Shown here in pieces: positions 52,362 to 59,235 of a stretch of 59,235 nt of DNA (position 1 is its first letter; the number at the start of each line of letters is the position of its first letter). The notes under the pieces are model-generated. The model worked only from the letters and a program-made list of their open reading frames with translations. It ran no database searches and was not told the origin of the DNA. The translations under genes and the position numbers were made by a program. The stretch is from IMG/VR virus record IMGVR_UViG_3300017774_004719, positions 1 to 59,235 of that record; one strand, given 5' to 3'. The DNA is from a virus. Taxonomy: Duplodnaviria; Caudoviricetes.

Positions 52362-53137
52362 GGCTTGCCGTCAAGAACTGGGCTCAGTTCCAGCACTACA
52401 AAGACCGCGCGCCGCCCTGGATCAAGTTGCACAAGGGGCTGCTGGACGACTTCGCTTTTCAGCGCTTGCCGGTTGCTAGCAGGGCGCTAGCGCCCATGTT
52501 GTGGCTGCTTGCAAGTGAGTCGGCAGACGGGACCATTGAGCACGATGTGCCCGAACTGTCCTTTCGCCTTCGGGTGTCCGAGTCCGAGGTGGACGAAGCA
52601 CTTAAGTCGTTGATTCGTGCGGGTTTTTTTGTGCCGGTGCAAGCTGCTAGCACGCCGCTAGCGCCATGCAAGCCTGATGCTTGTCTAGAGACAGAGGTAG
52701 AGGCAGAGAAAGAGGCAGAGGTAGAGAAGAAAGCCCCTCCTCGCTCTCGCTCGGCCTGGGCCTACACCCCTGAGTTTGAAGCGGCATGGGGTGCGTACCC
52801 CAAACGCCCCGGCGACAGCAAGGTGGACGCCTTCAAGGCTTGGAACGCCCGCCTCAAGGCCGGCGCCACCGCCGAGGCCATGACCGAGGGCGCCAAGCGC
52901 TACGCCGCCTACTGCGTGGCCGAGCAGACCGAGCCCAGGTTCATCAAGCAGGCCGCCACCTTCTTCGGCCCCAGCAACCACTTCGCCGCCGACTGGACGC
53001 CATCGCCCAAGGCTGCCCGGCCAGAAACCCGGCGCGAACGGCAGCTAGCCACGGCTGGCGCCCTTGTGACCCCACAAGCGGCCCCGGCTGACGATTTCAT
53101 TGACATGGAGGCGGGTGATGCATACCTCTCTGCCTGA
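52358..53137 (+). CDS. Replication initiation protein
   Basis: KNW.QFQHYKDR.PPWIKL, LWLLASE, ETEVE linker, FE.AW.AYPKR...K..A.KAW, IKQAATF. Confidence 0.8.
   Translation: MRLAVKNWAQFQHYKDRAPPWIKLHKGLLDDFAFQRLPVASRALAPMLWLLASESADGTIEHDVPELSFRLRVSESEVDEALKSLIRAGFFVPVQAASTPLAPCKPDACLETEVEAEKEAEVEKKAPPRSRSAWAYTPEFEAAWGAYPKRPGDSKVDAFKAWNARLKAGATAEAMTEGAKRYAAYCVAEQTEPRFIKQAATFFGPSNHFAADWTPSPKAARPETRRERQLATAGALVTPQAAPADDFIDMEAGDAYLSA
52475..52731. other. Putative replication origin (GCTAGC iterons plus purine-rich tract)
   Basis: GCTAGCAnnncGCTAGCG at 52475 and 52646, then an AG-rich run, inside the initiator gene as in lambdoid O genes. Confidence 0.6.
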
Positions 53138-53621
53138 CGCCGTTGTGAGCCGCCTGTTCGCGGCGCTGCGCGCCAACTACGGCAGCGCGTTTGATCGACT
53201 GTGGGAATGCCCTGCAGGCGAGTCGCCCGAGAAGCACGCCGTTGGCATCAAGGCGCTGTGGGCGAAGGAGTTGGCCGGCTACAGCGAGAACCTGGGCGCC
53301 ATTGGCTACGCGCTGGAGAACCTGCCGGAGCAGGTGCCGAACCTCCCCCAGTTCAGGGCGATCTGCCGCCGCGCGCCGGCCAAGGTGGTGCCCAGGCTGG
53401 AGGCACCCAAGGGAACCAGCGACCCCGAGGCCGTGGCCGCCGCCATCGCCGCCGTGCAGGGCAACAGCCTGGACCCCAAAGCCTGGGCCATTGCCCTGCG
53501 CGACCGCGAGCGCGCACAGCGCCGCAACCCCGGTGCCTACACCCGCAACGAACTGATGACCCAAGCCCAGCGCCATATGTGGCGGCAGGCCCTGGGCCTT
53601 GCCTTGAACACGGAAGCCTGA
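53118..53621 (+). CDS. Replication-associated protein (helicase-loader position)
   Basis: V.RLF..L...YG..F...W...W..EL.G...PNLPQFR.ICR; follows the initiator gene. Confidence 0.55.
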   Translation: MHTSLPDAVVSRLFAALRANYGSAFDRLWECPAGESPEKHAVGIKALWAKELAGYSENLGAIGYALENLPEQVPNLPQFRAICRRAPAKVVPRLEAPKGTSDPEAVAAAIAAVQGNSLDPKAWAIALRDRERAQRRNPGAYTRNELMTQAQRHMWRQALGLALNTEA

Positions 53622-53625
53622 ACCC

Positions 53626-54522
53626 ATGACCACCAACTGGACCGGCAAGGACGCCGGAGTGAGACAACCGATGACCGGAGAAACCCCTTTGAGCCCCGCC
53701 GAAGTCGGCGTGGGCCTGCGCGAAGGCCACTTCAACGTGCGCCCTGTACCCGCGCCGGCTGTGCAAACCAGCGGCCCGCGCCGTGGCCCCCGCAGCGACA
53801 TGCCCGAGTTGATGCTGCCCATCATTCGCCAAGCCGGTGAGGAGGGCATCGAGAACGCAGAGCTGGCTGATCGCCTTGGCCTGCACCGCTGGAACGTGAA
53901 CCACCAGAGCCAGACCATGCGCCGGTTGGGCTTGATCCACACCTACAGCACCGGCTACGCGATCCGCCACTTCGACGCTTCGGTGTCCGTGGTGGTTGCC
54001 AAGGCCACGATGGAGCGGCTTGCGGCTGAGAAGGTCATCGAGCGCCGCAAGGCGAAGCGCGATGCCAAGCAACGGTGGCAAGTCAACGCCCGCGCCAAGG
54101 CTGCCGAGCAGGCCGCGCAAGAGGCCGAAGAAGCCCGCCGCCTGGCCCTGGCCGTGACCGCTGAGGACCGCGCCGCCGTGCGCCGCCAGATTGCCGAGGC
54201 CCGCCAGCTGTCCGAGGACTTGAAGCGCCTGGACAAGCAGGCTGCCAAGCCCAAGGCGAAGGCATCGCCATCGACCCGCAGGGCGACCCGCAACATCAAC
54301 AAGATCGCGGACAAGTACCGGGGCACGGTGAGCGTGAGCCCAATCCCGCAGCCCAAGCAGAAGCCGGTCGCCGGCCCTATCGACTTCCCCGACCACCTGA
54401 TCCAGCGCGCACCGGCAAAGCCTGACCGCTGGGCCGCCGTGCAGGGTGCTGGCGTCATCAGCAGCAGGATTGGCGAGTACGAGGGCGAGGCAAGCCCCTG
54501 GGTTCAGGCGGTGGCCGCATGA
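53626..54522 (+). CDS. Winged-HTH plus coiled-coil protein
   Basis: GIENAELADRLGL...NV......M.RLGLI. Confidence 0.55.
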   Translation: MTTNWTGKDAGVRQPMTGETPLSPAEVGVGLREGHFNVRPVPAPAVQTSGPRRGPRSDMPELMLPIIRQAGEEGIENAELADRLGLHRWNVNHQSQTMRRLGLIHTYSTGYAIRHFDASVSVVVAKATMERLAAEKVIERRKAKRDAKQRWQVNARAKAAEQAAQEAEEARRLALAVTAEDRAAVRRQIAEARQLSEDLKRLDKQAAKPKAKASPSTRRATRNINKIADKYRGTVSVSPIPQPKQKPVAGPIDFPDHLIQRAPAKPDRWAAVQGAGVISSRIGEYEGEASPWVQAVAA

Positions 54523-55043
54523 CCCGCAAGCAATCCGCCTACGCCCGCAAGCTGAAGCTGGCCGAGCAGCGCGGCCTGGCCCCTGTCCACCCGCGTGCCC
54601 ACGAAATGGCGCTACGCGGCGTGCTGCTGCTGACACCCGCCGACCGCGAGGCTTTCCTGGCGCCGGCCCGTGACGCCGCCGAGCGCCTGATCGCCAGCAC
54701 CGGCACCATGGACGACTGGCGCCCCATCACCCGCGCACACGGGTATTTCACTGGCTTGGCCCGCCTGCCCCTGGTGCGCAACGCCAGGGGTTTCGTGGAC
54801 GCGAGCCATGCCCTTCTGGTGGCCGCCATCCAGCGCCAGCGCGACACCGGCAGCACCTGCCTGCGCCCGGTCGAGGTCGAGGCCCTGCGCGACCTGATTG
54901 CGGTCTATCAGGACGTGCTGGCTGTTGTGACCTGCGCCGAAATGCACCAAGCCATCCAGTTCTACGAGGCGTGCGGCGCGGATCTTGCGCGCGGAGCCAA
55001 GCGGCCGGGTGCGGTTTTGATCGAGGTGGCCGCATGTTTTTGA
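54519..55043 (+). CDS. Hypothetical protein
   Basis: Coupled helical ORF. Confidence 0.65.
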   Translation: MTRKQSAYARKLKLAEQRGLAPVHPRAHEMALRGVLLLTPADREAFLAPARDAAERLIASTGTMDDWRPITRAHGYFTGLARLPLVRNARGFVDASHALLVAAIQRQRDTGSTCLRPVEVEALRDLIAVYQDVLAVVTCAEMHQAIQFYEACGADLARGAKRPGAVLIEVAACF

Positions 55044-55264
55044 AACTTGCAGAGATTCACATTCAGATATTGCTGCAACAGAGCGAGGCCAATGCGAGAG
55101 GGGAGCGCCTTTCGAGACTGGCCGCCGCCGCCCGCGCCCAACAACAAGCCCAAGAACAAGCGCTGCTGTATTCGAAATTGCGGCGCACCAACAAGGAATG
55201 CCAGGGCTGCGGTGCGCCGCTTGGGCTTGCGAAGTTGTGCAGCTACTGCGGGACGGCCGCATGA
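55034..55264 (+). CDS. Small zinc-ribbon protein
   Basis: CQGCGAP....CSYCGT; GAGG RBS. Confidence 0.6.
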   Translation: MFLKLAEIHIQILLQQSEANARGERLSRLAAAARAQQQAQEQALLYSKLRRTNKECQGCGAPLGLAKLCSYCGTAA

Positions 55265-55464
55265 GCCGCTGGACCTGCCTCCTGTGCGGCCGCGCCACCG
55301 TGCCCGCCGTCACCATCGGTGATCGAGTGGTAGGCCCCAAGTGCGCTCGCCGCATGGGCCTGACCCAGCAGACCGCCAAGCGAAACCGCCGCATCAAGTT
55401 CCACCAACCCAAGCCCCAGCCCGCCAGCGCGGAGCAGGGGGAACTGTTCGCAGAAGCAGCATGA
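55261..55464 (+). CDS. Small Cys-containing protein ending QGELF
   Basis: CLLCGR...GPKCARR. Confidence 0.6.
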   Translation: MSRWTCLLCGRATVPAVTIGDRVVGPKCARRMGLTQQTAKRNRRIKFHQPKPQPASAEQGELFAEAA

Positions 55465-55979
55465 CCATCCCCACGATCAACTTGGAAGTGATGCTTGCCG
55501 GCTGGACCGAGAGCCACAGCGGCGGCGCCAAGCTGACCTTCTGGCTACCTGACGGCGCCGACCTTGAGCCCTTCCGGGCCATGACCGCCAAGAAGGGCGG
55601 CACCGCCGGCCAGCGCTTCATGGCCGTGCTGGCGCTGCTGGGCGACGACGAGAAGCCCGTAGACCCCGCAGCGTGGCCTGAGCGCAAGAAGCCCCCACTT
55701 GGTCCCAAGGCCAAGCTGGCGGTGCAACTGTGCAAGAACCCAGAGTTTGGCCGCTGGCTTCGGCCCATCTACGACCGGCACCTGGGTGGAAGCGGCACAG
55801 CCTGGGGCGACGTGACGCCGGCCGACGACTTCAATGGCAGCCTGGAGCAGTGGACCCGCCATGCCATCTTGGTGCTGTGCCAGTGCCAAGAGAGCCGGCG
55901 CGAGCTTGACACCAGCGTGCAGTGTGGTGCGCTGTTTGAGTCCCTGATCCGCGCACCCTGGGCGGAGGCCAACCGTTGA
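55461..55979 (+). CDS. Hypothetical protein
   Basis: GQRFMAVL, LC..P.F..WL, C...SRRELD motifs. Confidence 0.7.
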   Translation: MTIPTINLEVMLAGWTESHSGGAKLTFWLPDGADLEPFRAMTAKKGGTAGQRFMAVLALLGDDEKPVDPAAWPERKKPPLGPKAKLAVQLCKNPEFGRWLRPIYDRHLGGSGTAWGDVTPADDFNGSLEQWTRHAILVLCQCQESRRELDTSVQCGALFESLIRAPWAEANR

Positions 55980-56170
55980 TCTACCAGGGCCACCTGTACG
56001 CCTACCGCCACCAGCGCGTTATCGCCGTCCAAGCCAACCCAGGGCGCGGCACGGTGCGCTGTGTCCGCATCGAGCCCACCCACCCCAGTGGCATGGGGCC
56101 GACCTTTTGGGCCACGGCCGTTGAACTGGTGGCCCTGCCCATGAAGTACCACCGGGACCAAATCCCATGA
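55976..56170 (+). CDS. Hypothetical protein
   Basis: GGAGG RBS; coupled; LPMKY end. Confidence 0.55.
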   Translation: MIYQGHLYAYRHQRVIAVQANPGRGTVRCVRIEPTHPSGMGPTFWATAVELVALPMKYHRDQIP

Positions 56171-56793
56171 AGCGCAGCACCGAGTTGAAGCGGACGCCGT
56201 TCAAGCGCAAGGCCCCGCTGCGGATGGCGCCAACCGATGCCAAGGCCACGGTCAGCCCCAGGGAATGCGATGTCTGCACCAAGGCGTTCTTCCCGGCCAG
56301 GACGACGCAAGTGGTTTGCAGCCCCAAGTGCGCGACCAAGAAGGTGAAGCTGGCCAGGAAAGCCCAGCAAGAAGCCGACCGGGAACACCGGCGCAAGCTG
56401 GCTGCTAGCAAGCCGCTAGCGCACTGGCACGAACTGACCAAGACATCCGTGCACGCCCTGATCCGCCTGCGCGACCACGACGACCCCTGCATCTCCTGCG
56501 GCACCCGCACCACCGCCTGCTGGCAGGCCGGGCACTACCTGTCCGTGGGGGCGCACCCCGAAATCCGCTACCACCCCGACAACATCAACAAACAGTGCCT
56601 GCGCTGCAACGTGAACCTGTCCGGCAACCAGGCCATGTACCGCCTGGGCCTGGTGGCCAAGATCGGCGCCGCCCGCGTGGAGGCCCTGGAAGGCCCGCAC
56701 CCACCCGCCAAGCACACCCGCGAGGCCTTGGCCGGGATTCGCAAGGAGGCAAACGCCAAGGTGCGCCAACTCAAGAAGGAGAAGGGACTGTGA
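56167..56793 (+). CDS. ninG: NinG/Rap recombination nuclease
   Basis: C.VC...F...Q.VCS..C; IRLRD..DPCISCG; AGHY.SVGA.PE.RY...NI.KQC..CN..LSGN...YR..L..KIG. Confidence 0.9.
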   Translation: MKRSTELKRTPFKRKAPLRMAPTDAKATVSPRECDVCTKAFFPARTTQVVCSPKCATKKVKLARKAQQEADREHRRKLAASKPLAHWHELTKTSVHALIRLRDHDDPCISCGTRTTACWQAGHYLSVGAHPEIRYHPDNINKQCLRCNVNLSGNQAMYRLGLVAKIGAARVEALEGPHPPAKHTREALAGIRKEANAKVRQLKKEKGL

Positions 56794-57038
56794 TCCACCA
56801 ACTGAAAGACCACGTTGGCGCCTGGACGGCGACGCTGGAGCCCCTGCCGTTCTTCGGCAAGCTCACCCGCTACCTCGTCACCATCACCTCCGCCCACGGC
56901 GTGACCGAGCGCGTCATCGGCGTGCCAAGCGCCGGCTGGCTTCGCTCCTACGACCAGATCAACGCCCTGTACGCCCTGGTGCGCGGCGTTCGGGCGGAGC
57001 AATGGCCGGCCTACATCAAAGAGAGCGACGACGCATGA
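56790..57038 (+). CDS. Hypothetical protein
   Basis: GTGA and ATGA coupled to its neighbours. Confidence 0.55.
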   Translation: MIHQLKDHVGAWTATLEPLPFFGKLTRYLVTITSAHGVTERVIGVPSAGWLRSYDQINALYALVRGVRAEQWPAYIKESDDA

Positions 57039-57631
57039 CCAAAGAACTGACCCCCCAGCAAGAACGATTCGCCCGCAATGTCGTGTCCGGCATGACCCAG
57101 GCCGACGCCTACCGTGACGCCTACCCTGCCGCCAAGCGGTGGAAAGACGACTCGATCCACAACAAGGCGAGCGCCCTGATGCGCAACGCACAGGTTGCGG
57201 CTAGGGTGGCCGATGGCACAAAGGTTGCTAGTGAGCGCGCCAGCATCACCAAGGCCGACGTGCTCATGGAAGCCGCCCGCTTGGCCCGGTTCGACATCCG
57301 CAGGCTCTACAACGAGGACGGCGGCCTCAAGAAGATCCACGAACTGGACGACGAAACCGCCGCGGCGATCCAGGGCATCGAGCAGGTGGAGCAGTACGAG
57401 GGCAGCGGCAAGGACCGGGTGTTCGTGGGCTACCTGCACAAGTACAAGATCGCGGACAAGAACGCCGCGCTGGAGAAGCTGTTCAAGCACTTCGGCCTGT
57501 ACGAGAGGGACAACGAGCAGAAATCCAGCCCGCTGACCGCGCTGCTGTCGCTGCTGGGCGGCAATGTGGTGGGGCCGGTGGCCGAGGGCGCTGCAAAGGC
57601 TGGCCAGGACGATGACGATGGCGATGACTGA
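57035..57631 (+). CDS. terS: Terminase small subunit
   Basis: LTPQQERF.....G..QADAYR.AY; A.FDIR.LY.EDG.L...ELD; DK.AALEKL.KH.GLY. Confidence 0.9.
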   Translation: MTKELTPQQERFARNVVSGMTQADAYRDAYPAAKRWKDDSIHNKASALMRNAQVAARVADGTKVASERASITKADVLMEAARLARFDIRRLYNEDGGLKKIHELDDETAAAIQGIEQVEQYEGSGKDRVFVGYLHKYKIADKNAALEKLFKHFGLYERDNEQKSSPLTALLSLLGGNVVGPVAEGAAKAGQDDDDGDD

Positions 57632-59207
57632 GCCGACACCGGCACAGATTGCCGAGCTCGCCCGCCACCTTGATGACCCCATGTGGAGGCTGACGCACCT
57701 CTACAAGATCGTGTCCAAGGGGGATGACGAGGACAGCGAAGGCCTGGTAATGACCTTCAAGCCAAACCGGGCGCAGCGCCGGCTGCTGGCCCGGCTGTGG
57801 CACCGGTCGCTGATCCTCAAGGCGCGGCAGATGGGTTTCTCCACCCTGATCTGCATGCTGTGGCTCGACACCGCGGCCTGGGCCAAGGAGCCCATGAAGT
57901 GCGCCATCATTGCCCAGGACAAGGAGGCGGCCGAGGAACTGTTCGGCAAGATCACCTTCGCCTACGAGAACCTGCCGGACGACGTGCGCGCCATGCTGCC
58001 GCTGCGCCGGCGCACCACGTCCATGCTGGAGTTCGGGCACAACGGGTCCAAGATCATCGTGCGCACCAGCGTGCGGGGCGGCACGACGCACCGGCTGCAC
58101 ATCTCCGAGTTCGGCAAGATCTGCGCGAAGTACCCCGACAAGGCCAAGGAGGTGGTGACAGGTTCCATCCCCTCCGTGCCCAAGAGCGGGATCTGCGTCA
58201 TCGAGTCCACCGCCGAGGGCCAGGACGGCAAGTTCTACGAGTACACGAAGCAGGCCATTGCTGCCCAGCAGCAGGCCAAGGTGCTGACGCCCAAGGACTG
58301 GCGGTTCCACTTCTTCCCCTGGTGGGACATGCCCGAGTACACGCTGGACGCGCCTGGCATGGTGCTGACGCTGCCCGAGCTCAAGTACGTGACCGAAACC
58401 GAGGGCAAGATCGGCCAGCGCCTGACGCAAGGGCAGTGGGCTTGGTACTTCGCAACGCTGCGGGGTGAGTTCAGCGGCGACGCGCCCATGATGTGGCAGG
58501 AGTACCCCAGCTACCCGGACGAGGCGTTCCAAGTCAGCACCGAGGGCTGCTACTACGCGACCCAGCTGGCGCTGGCGCGCACGCAGGGCAGGGTGGTGGC
58601 GCAGCTGCCCATCGAGTCGGCACCGGTCAACACCTTCTGGGACATCGGCCGCGGCGACATGACCAGCATCTGGTTCCACCAGCGCATCGGCCCGGAGAAC
58701 CGGTTCATCCGCTACTACGAGAACAGCGGCGAGGACTTGAGCCACTACGTCACCGAGCTGCAGAAGCTGGGCTTCGTGTGGGGCCGCTTCTACCTGCCTC
58801 ACGACGCGGCGGCCAGGCGCATGGGGGAGTCGCCCGACACGAACAAGACCATCGAGGACATGCTGCTGAACCTGATGCCGGGCATCCGCACGGAAATCGT
58901 GCCGCGCGTGACCACCATCGCAGCGGGCATTGAGGCCACCCGGTCAGCGTTCGGTTCGGCCTGGTTCTGTGAGTCGGGCGCAGCCAAGGGCATCCAGCGC
59001 CTGAGCAACTACCGCAAGAAGTGGAACAAGGTCCTGGGCTGCTGGAGCGATGAGCCGATGCACGACGACAACAGCCACGGCAGTGACGCCTTCCGCCAGT
59101 TCGGCCAGGTATCGGCCGCCGGCGGTGCGTTCGCCAGCTCGCAGGCCGGCACGGTTGCCAAGGCCGGCAGCGCGTGGCGCCGGCGCCGCAGCGGCATGGC
59201 GGTTTGA
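57624..59207 (+). CDS. terL: Terminase large subunit
   Basis: ILKARQMGFST (Walker A), LHISEFG (Walker B), IESTAEG, QEYP, WDIG, LPHDA, SHGSDAFR. Confidence 0.95.
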   Translation: MTEPTPAQIAELARHLDDPMWRLTHLYKIVSKGDDEDSEGLVMTFKPNRAQRRLLARLWHRSLILKARQMGFSTLICMLWLDTAAWAKEPMKCAIIAQDKEAAEELFGKITFAYENLPDDVRAMLPLRRRTTSMLEFGHNGSKIIVRTSVRGGTTHRLHISEFGKICAKYPDKAKEVVTGSIPSVPKSGICVIESTAEGQDGKFYEYTKQAIAAQQQAKVLTPKDWRFHFFPWWDMPEYTLDAPGMVLTLPELKYVTETEGKIGQRLTQGQWAWYFATLRGEFSGDAPMMWQEYPSYPDEAFQVSTEGCYYATQLALARTQGRVVAQLPIESAPVNTFWDIGRGDMTSIWFHQRIGPENRFIRYYENSGEDLSHYVTELQKLGFVWGRFYLPHDAAARRMGESPDTNKTIEDMLLNLMPGIRTEIVPRVTTIAAGIEATRSAFGSAWFCESGAAKGIQRLSNYRKKWNKVLGCWSDEPMHDDNSHGSDAFRQFGQVSAAGGAFASSQAGTVAKAGSAWRRRRSGMAV

Positions 59208-59235
59208 CGTTCCGGGCATGGCCTGATTCAAGCCC
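59113..59235. repeat. Terminal overlap, identical to 1-123
   Basis: Direct sequence identity. Confidence 0.95.

Noticed and set aside
59113-59235. 123-bp terminal repeat as a biological direct terminal repeat
   Set aside because: It cuts through the 3' end of terL and has the size of an assembler overlap. It indicates circularity, not physical genome ends.

Overview
The window is an apparently complete, circularly assembled genome of a temperate tailed phage, GC-rich and about 59.1 kb. Bases 1-123 are repeated at 59113-59235. It has a short-tailed (podovirus-like) gene set with no tape measure, tube or sheath gene seen. The + strand late arm carries a DUF2829/Tad2-like gene, portal, a nine-gene accessory structural block, scaffold, a CsrA-like ORF, an N4-gp56/DUF4043-type capsid, adaptors, a holin/SAR-lysozyme/spanin cassette, a split and partly duplicated tail gene region, a cupin plus 2OG-Fe(II) hydroxylase pair, ejection proteins and a ~4,890-codon polyvalent protein interrupted by one in-frame TAA. 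Then come attP with a P4-type integrase, a leftward early operon (excisionase-like, YqaJ exonuclease, ERF), a cI/cro switch with 15-bp operators, replication genes, NinG and terminases. The most notable unexplained structures are: (i) a near-invariant 15-bp motif CGWTCCGGGCATGGC in front of six late modules; (ii) a 2-kb three-gene cassette that appears inserted inside one copy of a duplicated tail domain; (iii) an FtsK-gamma domain and FSR-delimited modules in the giant protein; (iv) junction repeats ending five consecutive early genes; (v) an origin-iteron copy inside ninG. All family assignments come from motif recognition by eye; no database searches were run. A betaproteobacterial host is a weak inference only.
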